From an uncultured Pelagibacteraceae bacterium (GTDB lineage Bacteria; Pseudomonadota; Alphaproteobacteria; Pelagibacterales; AG-422-B15): 64,000 nucleotides of DNA. The position numbers and the translations under genes were made by a program. Shown one piece after another: positions 47,783-56,987 of this stretch (positions within the stretch are counted from its first letter, which is position 1; each line of letters begins with the position of its first letter). The stretch lies in the NCBI GenBank assembly GCA_902523535.1, contig CABYZQ010000005.1:5012-69011 (forward strand), given 5' to 3'. The notes below the pieces were generated by a model. The model was not told the origin of the DNA. It worked only from the letters and a program-made list of their open reading frames with translations, and did not search any database.

Positions 47783-49114
47783 CTAACTAAAGTTAAATTT
47801 ATTTCTTATAAACCAGAGAAGTATTAGTGAAGGTATTACCATTAAGGCAGTAATTATAAAGAATGTTCCCCAATCACCCTGCAGCCAATCTACAAGTGAA
47901 CCTGATGAGGATGCCATAAGGGTTCTGCCAGCAGTTCCAAGAGAGGCAAGAAGGGCATACTGTGTCGCAGTATAAGTACGGTCAACAAGTAAAGAAATAA
48001 ACGTAACAAAAGCAACGGTTGCAAACGCAGCAGCAAGGTCATCAAGAAGTACAGCAGCAGCAAATAATAATTCAGACTTATCTGACCATGCCATAAAGCT
48101 GAACATTATATTTGTGATAGCCATTGCTATGCCTGATATAAATAAGGCTTTTACAACTCCAGATTTAATGGCAAACCATCCTCCCAAAAGAGTAAATGTG
48201 ATAGTTGTAATCCATCCGAGACCTTTTGAATAAATTGCAATATCGGATTTTGAAAATCCCATCTCGTCATAAAATATAATGGACATTCTTCCAAGAAAAG
48301 CCTCACCAATTTTAAAAAGGAAAATGAATCCAATAATTAAGAAGCTAATGGTCACACCATTTTTTTTAAAGAAGCTAGTTAGTGGACTGATAATTGTGCT
48401 TAAAAACCAAGCTGATAATCCAGCTGCTTTAAATTTATCTTGATCTTGCTTTTGGGCATTTTGTCTATCATTAGATGTGTCTTCGGGAATAAAAAGTAAT
48501 CCAATATTAAATAAAAGAATTAATAGGCAAAGAAATATAAAAGTGAGCTGCCAGTAATTTGTAAATCCAACCACTTCTAAATAATCGGCAACAAATAAAG
48601 TTAACATTCCTCCAATTTTATAACCTGTCCACCATCCAACTACAGCAATCGATGCGCCTGCAGCCATTGATGCTTTTTCATTTGCAGATATTTGTTCAAT
48701 TCTAAGAGCGTCAATTGTAATATCTTGTGATGCTGACGAAATTGCAATTAATAACCCCAAGAAAATAATAACTTCAAGATTATTTATTGGACTGAGAAAA
48801 CTCCAACAAATAAGACTGCATAAGATTATTAGTTGAAGAGATATTATCCATGATTTTCTATGACCTATTTTATTTGTTAGAAATGGAATTTTTATTCTAT
48901 CAATTAAAGGAGCCCACAAAAAGTTAATTGCATAAACTCCAAAAATTAAACCTGCCCATCCAATAGTACTTCTTGAAAGTTCAAAGTCTTTTAACCAAAG
49001 TGACAGCGCACTGCCAATTATTACCCACGGAAAACCACTGATAGCACCCAAAAGTAAAATGCGAAGCATTCTGTTATCAAAATAAATTGATAAGCTAACA
49101 TTTTCTTTTGTCAT
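47783..49114 (-). CDS. ampG: AmpG family muropeptide MFS transporter
   Basis: LG..SG.P, FLWAPLID, G.RKSWI, SASQDI.IDA.RIE, TATQYALL.SL. Confidence 0.92.
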   Translation of the reverse strand: MTKENVSLSIYFDNRMLRILLLGAISGFPWVIIGSALSLWLKDFELSRSTIGWAGLIFGVYAINFLWAPLIDRIKIPFLTNKIGHRKSWIISLQLIILCSLICWSFLSPINNLEVIIFLGLLIAISSASQDITIDALRIEQISANEKASMAAGASIAVVGWWTGYKIGGMLTLFVADYLEVVGFTNYWQLTFIFLCLLILLFNIGLLFIPEDTSNDRQNAQKQDQDKFKAAGLSAWFLSTIISPLTSFFKKNGVTISFLIIGFIFLFKIGEAFLGRMSIIFYDEMGFSKSDIAIYSKGLGWITTITFTLLGGWFAIKSGVVKALFISGIAMAITNIMFSFMAWSDKSELLFAAAVLLDDLAAAFATVAFVTFISLLVDRTYTATQYALLASLGTAGRTLMASSSGSLVDWLQGDWGTFFIITALMVIPSLILLWFIRNKFNFS

Positions 49115-49176
49115 ACTAAATGAGAATAAGGTTTAGAGCCTACAGCAGTCAATTAATATATTAGGTAATTATTAAT

Positions 49177-49731
49177 TTATTCAATCGGAGCAGGATTATC
49201 GCTGAAACTTCTTAAATAAAGAATAACATTTGCTCGGTCTTTAGCTTTCTTCAGTCCAACAAATGACATTTTAGTCCCTTGAATATATTTTTTCGGATTG
49301 ATCAAATAACTATTTAATTGTTCGAATGTCCAATCACCCTCAAAAGCTGCCATCGCGCTGGAATATTTATAATCATCTTTTGAACCAATATCCTTATTAA
49401 CAATATTCCATAGTCCTGGACCAATTTTATTAGCGCCACCTTTTTCCATAACGTGACACTGTGAACATTTTTTAAAAACTTTTTTACCCTTATCTAGATC
49501 AGCGCTAGCAAGAAGAACTTGAATAGGGTCTTCTGTGGGAGCTTGGACAACTGCCTCGGTTGATGTTGCAGCTGCATCCATTAATATTTCATCGCCACCT
49601 TCTACTTGATAAGCCGCTACCTTCGGTTTTTCAACGTGATAGAGTATTTCACTAAAGTTAGCCAGGCCAATAAATACAAGCGCTACAACTAAAACGCAGG
49701 CAACAATTTTATTAATTTCAAATGAATCCAT
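49177..49731 (-). CDS. cycM: Membrane-anchored cytochrome c (CycM/c_y type)
   Basis: MDSFE.NK TM anchor, CSQCH, GP.L, GTKM.F.G; divergent from kdsB as in alphaproteobacteria. Confidence 0.9.
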   Translation of the reverse strand: MDSFEINKIVACVLVVALVFIGLANFSEILYHVEKPKVAAYQVEGGDEILMDAAATSTEAVVQAPTEDPIQVLLASADLDKGKKVFKKCSQCHVMEKGGANKIGPGLWNIVNKDIGSKDDYKYSSAMAAFEGDWTFEQLNSYLINPKKYIQGTKMSFVGLKKAKDRANVILYLRSFSDNPAPIE

Positions 49732-49791
49732 AATGTTTTTTTCGCAGAATATATGATATTAATTAAACATTATTCTAATTTATTCAAGTTA

Positions 49792-49814
49792 TTATGCGTC
49801 TTCTAGTCGCATAA
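49792..49814. promoter_or_regulatory. Putative RegA/PrrA/RegR binding site
   Basis: TTATGCG-N9-CGCATAA inverted repeat containing GCGTC-N5-GTCGC, in the cycM/kdsB spacer. Confidence 0.55.
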
Positions 49815-49821
49815 AATCATT

Positions 49822-50562
49822 ATGATTACACAAGAAAATACAGCAATTATTATACCTGCAAGACTTCAAGCAAGCAGACTTCCAAATAAACCTTTACTTG
49901 AAATCCATGGCAAACCAATGATTCAACATGTTTGGGAAAAAGCTGTTTTATCTCAGCTTGGTGAGGTTCTTGTCGCTACGGATAGTCAAGACATTAAAAA
50001 TTTAATTGAGGGTTTGGGGGGCAATGCATGTATGACATCAGCAAAACATACATCTGGTACCGATCGAATATATGAGGCCTTAAATAAATTTGATCTAGAT
50101 CAAAGGATAGAATTTATAATTAATTTACAAGGTGATCTTCCAACAATAAATTCAGAAGCCCTCAGTAATGTGCTCAGTTTAATTGAAGAAGAGGGATCTG
50201 AAATGGGTACATTAGCATCCGTTTTTAAGGATAAGTCAGAAATTAAAAAAAACCAGGTTGTTAAAGTATTTTGTGACTATAAAGAAAATGTAAATTCTAC
50301 TCTGGCTTTAAACTTCATCAGAAAGAATGATAATTATGATGAAAATAAATTATATCACCACATTGGAATTTATTCTTTTAGAAGAGAGACACTTAAAAAG
50401 TTTGTTACTTTATCTCAGACTGAAAGAGAGAATAATGAAAAGCTCGAACAATTAAGAGCTTTAGATAATAATATAAAAATAAAAGTTGGTTTCATTGACT
50501 TTTTTCCTTTGGGAGTTGATACTCCTGATGATTTAGAGGAAATTAAAAAGATTATAAAGTGA
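49822..50562 (+). CDS. kdsB: 3-deoxy-manno-octulosonate cytidylyltransferase
   Basis: IPAR..ASRLP.KPL, SGTDR, NLQGD.P, HIGIY, LEQLRAL, VDT..DL. Confidence 0.97.
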   Translation: MITQENTAIIIPARLQASRLPNKPLLEIHGKPMIQHVWEKAVLSQLGEVLVATDSQDIKNLIEGLGGNACMTSAKHTSGTDRIYEALNKFDLDQRIEFIINLQGDLPTINSEALSNVLSLIEEEGSEMGTLASVFKDKSEIKKNQVVKVFCDYKENVNSTLALNFIRKNDNYDENKLYHHIGIYSFRRETLKKFVTLSQTERENNEKLEQLRALDNNIKIKVGFIDFFPLGVDTPDDLEEIKKIIK

Positions 50563-51395
50563 TGAAAAAAATATCTTACCAAGGTGAATTAGGCGCTTAC
50601 TCGCATTTAGCATGCAATGAAGCTATGGCAGACTATGAGTCGGTACCCTGTCGAACTTTTGAGGCAGCATTAAATTGTGTTAGAGAAGAGGAAGCAGATT
50701 TAGCAATGATACCAGTTGAAAACTCAGTTGCTGGTCGTGTAGCTGATATTCATTACTTACTAGGAGATTACGATCTCAAAATTTATGCTGAACATTTTCA
50801 GGAAGTAAAGCATCAGTTGCTTGCTAAAAAAGGAACTTCCATTGATGAAATAAAATTTGTAAGAAGTCATTCAATGGCAATTGGCCAATGTCAGACAGCA
50901 ATACAAAGATTAGACCTTAAGCCCATTGTTATGGCTGATACCGCTGGGTCTGCCAAATATATAAGTGAGACGGGTACGAATGAGGACTCTGCGATCGCCT
51001 CCCATTTAGCTGCAGAAATTTATGGATTAGAGATTTTAGAGTCAGATATTCAAGACATGAAGCATAACACAACACGATTTCTCGTTATGTCAAAAGGCGC
51101 ACAGCAGAAAAGAGATGTAAAAAAATCATATTTAACTAGCTGTATTTTTGAAGTTAGAAGTGTTCCTTCAGCTTTATATAAAGCCCTTGGAGGCTTTGCA
51201 ACTAACGGAGTGAACTTAACAAAGCTCGAGAGCTTTATTGTTGATGGTGATTTCAACAAAGCACAGTTTTATATCGATCTTGATGGTCACGTTGATGACA
51301 GTTCTGTTAAAGGAGCTCTTGAAGAGTTGTCATTCTATACAGAAAAACTTCAGGTTCTTGGCGTTTACCCAAAACATTCTTACAGGAACCAGTAA
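50559..51395 (+). CDS. pheA: Prephenate dehydratase
   Basis: QGE.GAYS, P.ENS.AG, N.TRF, ACT domain with NLTKLES. Confidence 0.95.
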   Translation: MMKKISYQGELGAYSHLACNEAMADYESVPCRTFEAALNCVREEEADLAMIPVENSVAGRVADIHYLLGDYDLKIYAEHFQEVKHQLLAKKGTSIDEIKFVRSHSMAIGQCQTAIQRLDLKPIVMADTAGSAKYISETGTNEDSAIASHLAAEIYGLEILESDIQDMKHNTTRFLVMSKGAQQKRDVKKSYLTSCIFEVRSVPSALYKALGGFATNGVNLTKLESFIVDGDFNKAQFYIDLDGHVDDSSVKGALEELSFYTEKLQVLGVYPKHSYRNQ

Positions 51396-51396
51396 T

Positions 51397-52320
51397 TTAT
51401 TTACTGTGTAACCATTCAACAATAAGTTGATGTGCTACAGCCATAGCGGGAGGAATCCAGATTCTTTCAGGACTCTTGCCAACAAAAATTCGATTTATAT
51501 CTTCGCGAGATAACCAAACTGCATGTTCAATCTCATCTTCATCTAAATTAGTTTTGTCATCATCTACATTTGAAAAACATCCGATCATCAATTGTGAAGA
51601 AAAAGGCCATGGCTGCGTAAATTTGTACTCAACACTATTTACATTAAGGCCTACCTCTTCTTTCACTTCCCTTATAACTGCATCTTCAATAGTTTCTCCA
51701 GGTTCGAGAAAGCCAGCCAGAGCAGAGTACATTCTTGGGGGAAAAATCGACTGACGTCCTAAAAGACATTTTTCATTATAAATGGGTAGCATGATAACAA
51801 CAGGGTCCACGCGAGGGAATAATTCGGTCTTGCATTTAACACAAATTTTTTTAGAGCCAGCATCGACTGTTTTAAGTTTTGAATTTTCACACCGAGTACA
51901 AAAAATATTAACAGCATTCCACTCCACCATTGATTTGGCTTGAGCAAGAATTCCTGTATCTTCAGGTGATAGGCTTTGTGCAATAGATCTTAAATCGATA
52001 AATTTACATCCAATAAAAACTTCTATATCAAAATGACTACGCTCCCTAGTAATATCTATAGCATAATATTTTATATTTTTCATTTCACCGAGAAAGATAA
52101 TCTGACAGGCTTCAAAGTGTTTCTTAATCGAGTCGAACTTAGCTAAATATATTGTAGAATTACTTCCTGGTTCTTTGCTTACTTGAATGAGAGGCTTGCC
52201 AGAGTCAAAAATAATATATCTCGCATCAGAGCTGCTCATTGAGGTTTTTTGCCACTCTTTATCACTTCTAATACTAGACATTCTATCTAGAGGATTATTT
52301 GCAAATACAATTTTACTCAT
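51397..52320 (-). CDS. nudC: NAD(H) pyrophosphatase
   Basis: Zinc cysteines, FPR.DP, AGFLEPGE..E.AV.REV.EE.G Nudix box, QPWPF..QLM. Confidence 0.94.
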   Translation of the reverse strand: MSKIVFANNPLDRMSSIRSDKEWQKTSMSSSDARYIIFDSGKPLIQVSKEPGSNSTIYLAKFDSIKKHFEACQIIFLGEMKNIKYYAIDITRERSHFDIEVFIGCKFIDLRSIAQSLSPEDTGILAQAKSMVEWNAVNIFCTRCENSKLKTVDAGSKKICVKCKTELFPRVDPVVIMLPIYNEKCLLGRQSIFPPRMYSALAGFLEPGETIEDAVIREVKEEVGLNVNSVEYKFTQPWPFSSQLMIGCFSNVDDDKTNLDEDEIEHAVWLSREDINRIFVGKSPERIWIPPAMAVAHQLIVEWLHSK

Positions 52321-52371
52321 GATTTTATTTATTTAATAAACAACATTTAATGATCGTATGCTACAATATTT

Positions 52372-52463
52372 TGGGAGATTGAGTAGACAAGTTATTCGCC
52401 AATCCGGTCAGGTCTGAAAAGAAGCAGCCGCAACGATGATATTTGGGTTACTTTAATCTCCCA
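52372..52463 (+). ncRNA. ffs: Signal recognition particle 4.5S RNA
   Basis: Core GGTCAGG-TCT-GAAA-AGA-AGCAGCC; terminal stem TGGGAGATT/AATCTCCCA; directly upstream of dnaX. Confidence 0.93.
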
Positions 52464-52481
52464 CAGAATTAATATAAATAG

Positions 52482-53753
52482 ATGTCAGAACAAATAAACT
52501 TACCAATCCCTCTAAAATATCGGCCATTAAAGTTTAGTGAACTTATTGGTCAAAACCTCATGTCTCAAACTATTCAAAAAGCAATTGAGACAGACCGTAT
52601 TGCCAATGCGTATTTGCTTACAGGCGTGAGAGGTGTTGGAAAAACTACAACAGCAAGGATTATTGCTAAATCATTAAATTGTATGAAAATAGATTCAAAT
52701 GATGAAAAAGAACCATGCGGTGTTTGTGAAAATTGTATTGCTATAACAGAGTCCAGGAGCGTTGATGTATATGAAATGGACGCAGCATCTCGAACAGGTA
52801 TTGCTGACATTAGAGAGTTGATCGAAGGCGTCCAGTACTCACCTGTATCTTCGAAGTATAAGGTTTATATAATTGATGAAGTTCACATGTTATCTACAGC
52901 AGCTTTCAATGGCTTGCTTAAGACTTTAGAAGAGCCACCGCCACATGTTAAATTTATTTTTGCTACAACTGAAGTAAGAAAGATCCCAACAACAATTTTA
53001 TCTAGATGTCAAAGATATGATCTTAAACGAGTTGAACCTGAAGAATTGGTTGTATTCCTAAAAAAGATTTGTGATATGGAAAGTGTGCAATTTGACAATG
53101 GATCTTTAAAAATTATTGCACGAGCAGCTGATGGCTCAGTTCGAGATGGATTATCAATTTTAGATCAATCCATTACATTTTCTGATAAAGAGTTAACAGA
53201 AAGCAAAGTAAAAGAAATGATAGGGTTGAATGATCCTACAGAAATAATTGATTTTATAAAATTGCTGACTTCAGGTGAGACCATCAAGTGTATTGAAATG
53301 ATCAATTCTTTTTATGATAATGGAGCTGATCCATCTGTAATTGTTCGTGATCTAATTTCATCCGTTCATGATATCTCAATGGTAAAAATAAGTGCTGATC
53401 AAGGTGTTAAAAACTCGCTGACTGAAGCGGAGTATAAAGAAGTTAAGGAAATAGCAGATAATGTTGATTTACCGACACTTTCAATGTTTTGGCAAATGCT
53501 AAATAAAGGACTGGGTGAGGTATCAGAATCATTTTCTCCAATTTCTGCTCTCGAAATGCTGATAATTAGAATTATTTATTTAAATGATATTCCTAAACCC
53601 GATCAGCTGATTGGAAATTTAAACAATTTGGTTGAAAATGAGGCCAATAACATAGAGAGTATAAAAGTTAGAGAATCTAAAGAAATGGACCCAAAACTGA
53701 GGGAAATCGTTGATTTTTTTCCTGGCACGAAGGTGGAGAATTTAGAAGAATAG
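52482..53753 (+). CDS. dnaX: DNA polymerase III gamma/tau subunit (short, 423 aa)
   Basis: KYRP, G.RGVGKTT, DAAS.TG, IDEVHMLS, SRC. Confidence 0.96.
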   Translation: MSEQINLPIPLKYRPLKFSELIGQNLMSQTIQKAIETDRIANAYLLTGVRGVGKTTTARIIAKSLNCMKIDSNDEKEPCGVCENCIAITESRSVDVYEMDAASRTGIADIRELIEGVQYSPVSSKYKVYIIDEVHMLSTAAFNGLLKTLEEPPPHVKFIFATTEVRKIPTTILSRCQRYDLKRVEPEELVVFLKKICDMESVQFDNGSLKIIARAADGSVRDGLSILDQSITFSDKELTESKVKEMIGLNDPTEIIDFIKLLTSGETIKCIEMINSFYDNGADPSVIVRDLISSVHDISMVKISADQGVKNSLTEAEYKEVKEIADNVDLPTLSMFWQMLNKGLGEVSESFSPISALEMLIIRIIYLNDIPKPDQLIGNLNNLVENEANNIESIKVRESKEMDPKLREIVDFFPGTKVENLEE

Positions 53754-53757
53754 AAGC

Positions 53758-54081
53758 ATGAATAATTTTAACAACATGATCAAGCAAGCCCAAGAGCTTC
53801 AACAGAAAATGGCAGACGCACAACATAAAGTTGAGACACTTGAGGCAGAAGGCGTTGCTGGTGGAGGAATTGTAAAGGTTACAATTAATGGAAAGAACAA
53901 TGTAACCTCAATCAACATCGATGACAGTGTCATTGATAAGAATGAAAAAGAAATATTAGAAGATCTTATTATGGCAGCATTTAATGATGCTAAAGAAAAA
54001 ATACAAAAGAAGATAGCTGATGAAATGAGTTCAGTTACTGGAGGATTAAAGCTTCCCCCAGGAATGAAACTACCTTTTTAA
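53758..54081 (+). CDS. ybaB: YbaB/EbfC nucleoid-associated protein
   Basis: AQ.LQ, G.AGGG.V, LEDLI.AA.NDA, LPPG.KLPF; dnaX-ybaB-recR order. Confidence 0.95.
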   Translation: MNNFNNMIKQAQELQQKMADAQHKVETLEAEGVAGGGIVKVTINGKNNVTSINIDDSVIDKNEKEILEDLIMAAFNDAKEKIQKKIADEMSSVTGGLKLPPGMKLPF

Positions 54082-54082
54082 A

Positions 54083-54688
54083 ATGCGATCCCGATCATCG
54101 AATCCAGAAATTGATAAACTGATATTATTAATAAGTAAGTTGCCTGGCTTTGGCCCAAAGTCAGCAAGTAGGGCTGCTTTACACCTTTTGAAAAAAAAGG
54201 AACAGTTAATGATACCTCTGGCGGAGTCACTTCTATCATCCAGCGAAAAAATTATCACGTGTGAAGTATGTGGCAACATCGATCTGCATAGCCCATGTAG
54301 TATTTGTAATGATGAAAAACGTTCAAAAAAAGAAATTTGTGTAGTAGAGAATATTGCTGATCTATGGGCACTAGAAAAAGCGGAAGTGTTTAATGGGATG
54401 TACCATATTCTTGGAGGCAATCTATCTGCAATAAATAGTATAGGCCCTGAAGATCTTAATTTAAAAAAACTAATTGACAGGGTGAGTGGTGATGAAGTGG
54501 AAGAAATAATCTTAGCTCTAAGTGCAACCGTGGATGGCCAAACTACAGCGCATTATGTTGCAGATACTTTGTCTCAAAAAGATATAGTTGTAAGCCGTTT
54601 AGGACATGGTGTTCCAGTAGGTGGGGAACTGGATTATATGGACGAAGGCACTATCGCAGCTGCTTTAAGCGCTCGCCAGAAAATTTAG
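54083..54688 (+). CDS. recR: Recombination mediator RecR
   Basis: LPG.GPKSA, C4 zinc finger, CVVE, G.PVGGELDY.D.GT. Confidence 0.97.
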   Translation: MRSRSSNPEIDKLILLISKLPGFGPKSASRAALHLLKKKEQLMIPLAESLLSSSEKIITCEVCGNIDLHSPCSICNDEKRSKKEICVVENIADLWALEKAEVFNGMYHILGGNLSAINSIGPEDLNLKKLIDRVSGDEVEEIILALSATVDGQTTAHYVADTLSQKDIVVSRLGHGVPVGGELDYMDEGTIAAALSARQKI

Positions 54689-54722
54689 TTGTGTCAGTTT
54701 TCCAATCATTTTTCTATTCAAT

Positions 54723-54750
54723 CTTGACCTTGTAACTAAGTTAGCCTATC
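54723..54750 (+). promoter_or_regulatory. Candidate RpoH (sigma-32) promoter for def-fmt-truA
   Basis: CTTGAC-N16-CCTATC resembles the alphaproteobacterial RpoH consensus. Confidence 0.4.
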
Positions 54751-54758
54751 AAAGTTTT

Positions 54759-55295
54759 ATGGCTATAAAGAAAATCCTTACTGCTCCAGATCCTTTTTTA
54801 AAGCAGATATCTACTCCGGTGAAGGAAGTGACTAAAGATATCCAAGTATTAATGGATGACATGCTTGATACTATGTATGACGCTCCTGGTATTGGTTTAG
54901 CCGCTGTACAAATTGGATTTCCTTTGAGAGTAATAGTGATGGATATCAGCTGGAGAAATGAAGACGGAAAGAAAGAACCATATTTCTTTGTTAATCCTGA
55001 AATCAAAGTAAAGACGAAGATTACTTCAACTTATGAGGAGGGGTGCCTTTCAGTTCCTGATCAGTATGCTGAAATTGATAGACCAGAGGAATGTGAAGTA
55101 AACTACTTAGACTACAATGGGCAGAAATCAACATTACATGCTGAAGGACTTCTCGCTACCTGCATTCAACATGAAATGGATCATCTTGAAGGCATTTTAT
55201 TTATTGATTATTTATCAAATTTGAAAAAAAATATGATTGTAAAAAAATTAATCAAGTCAAAAAAACAATCAAGTAAAGAGCGTATCGTCGCTTAA
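54759..55295 (+). CDS. def: Peptide deformylase
   Basis: GIGLAA.Q, EGCLS, QHEMDH. Confidence 0.98.
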   Translation: MAIKKILTAPDPFLKQISTPVKEVTKDIQVLMDDMLDTMYDAPGIGLAAVQIGFPLRVIVMDISWRNEDGKKEPYFFVNPEIKVKTKITSTYEEGCLSVPDQYAEIDRPEECEVNYLDYNGQKSTLHAEGLLATCIQHEMDHLEGILFIDYLSNLKKNMIVKKLIKSKKQSSKERIVA

Positions 55296-55300
55296 TCAAA

Positions 55301-56221
55301 ATGACTAATTTTAGAATTCTTTTTATGGGGACAGCCCCTTTTGGTATACCTACCTTAAAAAAGATATCTACGAGCGGGCATGATCTTACAGGTGTCTACA
55401 CATCACCTCCCAAAAAAGCTAATCGTGGAATGAAAATTTCTAAGTCACCAGTAGCCCTTTATGCAGAGGACAATAATTTAAATGTATACTCACCAAAAGA
55501 GTTACGCTCAATTGAAGAAATGAAGTTCATAAAAGAAATGAATCTTGATTTTATAATTGTTATTGCCTATGGACTTATACTGCCTGAGGAAATTCTTAAT
55601 CTTCCAAAATATGGTTGTTACAATCTCCATGCCTCTATTTTACCAAGATGGAGAGGGGCGGCGCCTATTCAAAGGTCGATGATTGAGGGAGATGAAGCAA
55701 CTGGAGTGACTATTATGAAGATGAATAAGGGTCTTGATACAGGAGATATAGTTTTACAAGATAAGCTTAAAATTAATATTTCAGAGAATTATACAGAATT
55801 GGAAACAAGACTTTCAGTAGCTGGAGCCGAATTATTTCATGTATTTTTTAAAGAATCATCATTTCAAAAAAAGATGCAGAAGCAAGATAATAGTTTGTCA
55901 TGTTATGCAGACAAAATATCAAAACAAGAAACCAAAATAGATTGGAAAGAAGATGCAATAAAAATAGTAAGACGCATTAATGCTTACAATCCTAATCCGG
56001 GTGGCTGGTTTATATGGAATAATAAAAGAGTAAAAATATTAAAAGCAATCGAAGTTGATATTGATGCTGAACCAGGAAAAATTGTTAAAGAAGATCTCAG
56101 TATTGGTTGTGGGAATAAATCAATTAGACCATTAACTTTAAAAGTAGAAGGTAAACAAAGTTGTGGTATAGATGAATTTTTACTGGGTAACAAAATATCA
56201 GTAGGTTCAATACTTGAATGA
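55301..56221 (+). CDS. fmt: Methionyl-tRNA formyltransferase
   Basis: FMGT, AYG.ILP, N.HASILPRWRGAAPI, GLDTG. Confidence 0.97.
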   Translation: MTNFRILFMGTAPFGIPTLKKISTSGHDLTGVYTSPPKKANRGMKISKSPVALYAEDNNLNVYSPKELRSIEEMKFIKEMNLDFIIVIAYGLILPEEILNLPKYGCYNLHASILPRWRGAAPIQRSMIEGDEATGVTIMKMNKGLDTGDIVLQDKLKINISENYTELETRLSVAGAELFHVFFKESSFQKKMQKQDNSLSCYADKISKQETKIDWKEDAIKIVRRINAYNPNPGGWFIWNNKRVKILKAIEVDIDAEPGKIVKEDLSIGCGNKSIRPLTLKVEGKQSCGIDEFLLGNKISVGSILE

Positions 56222-56958
56222 AACGATACAAAATTAAAATTGAGTATGATGGCTCCCCATTTATTGGTTGGCAAAGACAAGAAAATGGTCAATCGATACA
56301 AGGGGCAATTGAAGATTCAATTAAAAATATATTCGGTGAAACTATAACCATATTTGGAGCTGGAAGAACTGATGCGGGTGTTCATGCTATGGGGCAAGTT
56401 GCCCATTTTGATATTAATAACAAAGAGCTTGAACCGTTTGTTATTAAAAATGCACTCAATGACCATCTTCGCCCTTTTCCAATAGCTATCTTGGATGTTG
56501 ATGAAGTGGATAATCAATTTCATGCTCGTTTTAATGCGATCCAAAGAAAATATTTATACCGAATAGTTAACCGTAAATCTCCCCTAACAATTGAAAAGGG
56601 GAGAGCATGGCATGTACATAAGGATATAGAAGTTGATCCGATGAAGGAGTGTATTTCATTAATTGAAGGAAAGCACGACTTTACAACTTTTCGATCTGCT
56701 CATTGTCAATCGGACAGTCCTATAAAAACAATTGATAGTCTTAAAATTACAAAATCAGATGAAAATATTTATTTTGGATTTACTGCAAAATCTTTTTTAC
56801 ATCATCAAGTCAGATCACTTGTTGGCAGTCTTAAGTTAGTTGGTGAGCAAAGCTGGTCAGTAAATGACTTTAGTGATGCCCTTAGCTCAAAAGAAAGATC
56901 TCGTTGTGGGGCTGTTGCTCCTCCAGATGGATTATATTTTATGGAAGTAAAATATTAA
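56218..56958 (+). CDS. truA: tRNA pseudouridine(38-40) synthase
   Basis: YDG..F.GWQ, GRTDAGVHA, FHARF, FL..QVR, APP.GL. Confidence 0.97.
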   Translation: MKRYKIKIEYDGSPFIGWQRQENGQSIQGAIEDSIKNIFGETITIFGAGRTDAGVHAMGQVAHFDINNKELEPFVIKNALNDHLRPFPIAILDVDEVDNQFHARFNAIQRKYLYRIVNRKSPLTIEKGRAWHVHKDIEVDPMKECISLIEGKHDFTTFRSAHCQSDSPIKTIDSLKITKSDENIYFGFTAKSFLHHQVRSLVGSLKLVGEQSWSVNDFSDALSSKERSRCGAVAPPDGLYFMEVKY

Positions 56959-56960
56959 GT

Positions 56961-56987
56961 TTTAGAGGCCTTTCTCAGACCTCTAAA
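56961..56987. terminator. Hairpin between convergent truA and transglutaminase genes, probable terminator
   Basis: TTTAGAGG...CCTCTAAA perfect 8-bp arms; U-tracts weak. Confidence 0.55.

Noticed and set aside
34293-47800. Integrative element or prophage at tRNA-Ser
   Set aside because: No integrase, transposase or phage genes, and I found no repeat of the tRNA 3' end by eye; treated only as a variable region
53060-53066. A_AAA_AAG slippery heptamer in dnaX
   Set aside because: Near codon 194, far too early to yield a functional gamma subunit; no obvious stimulatory hairpin; common in AT-rich DNA
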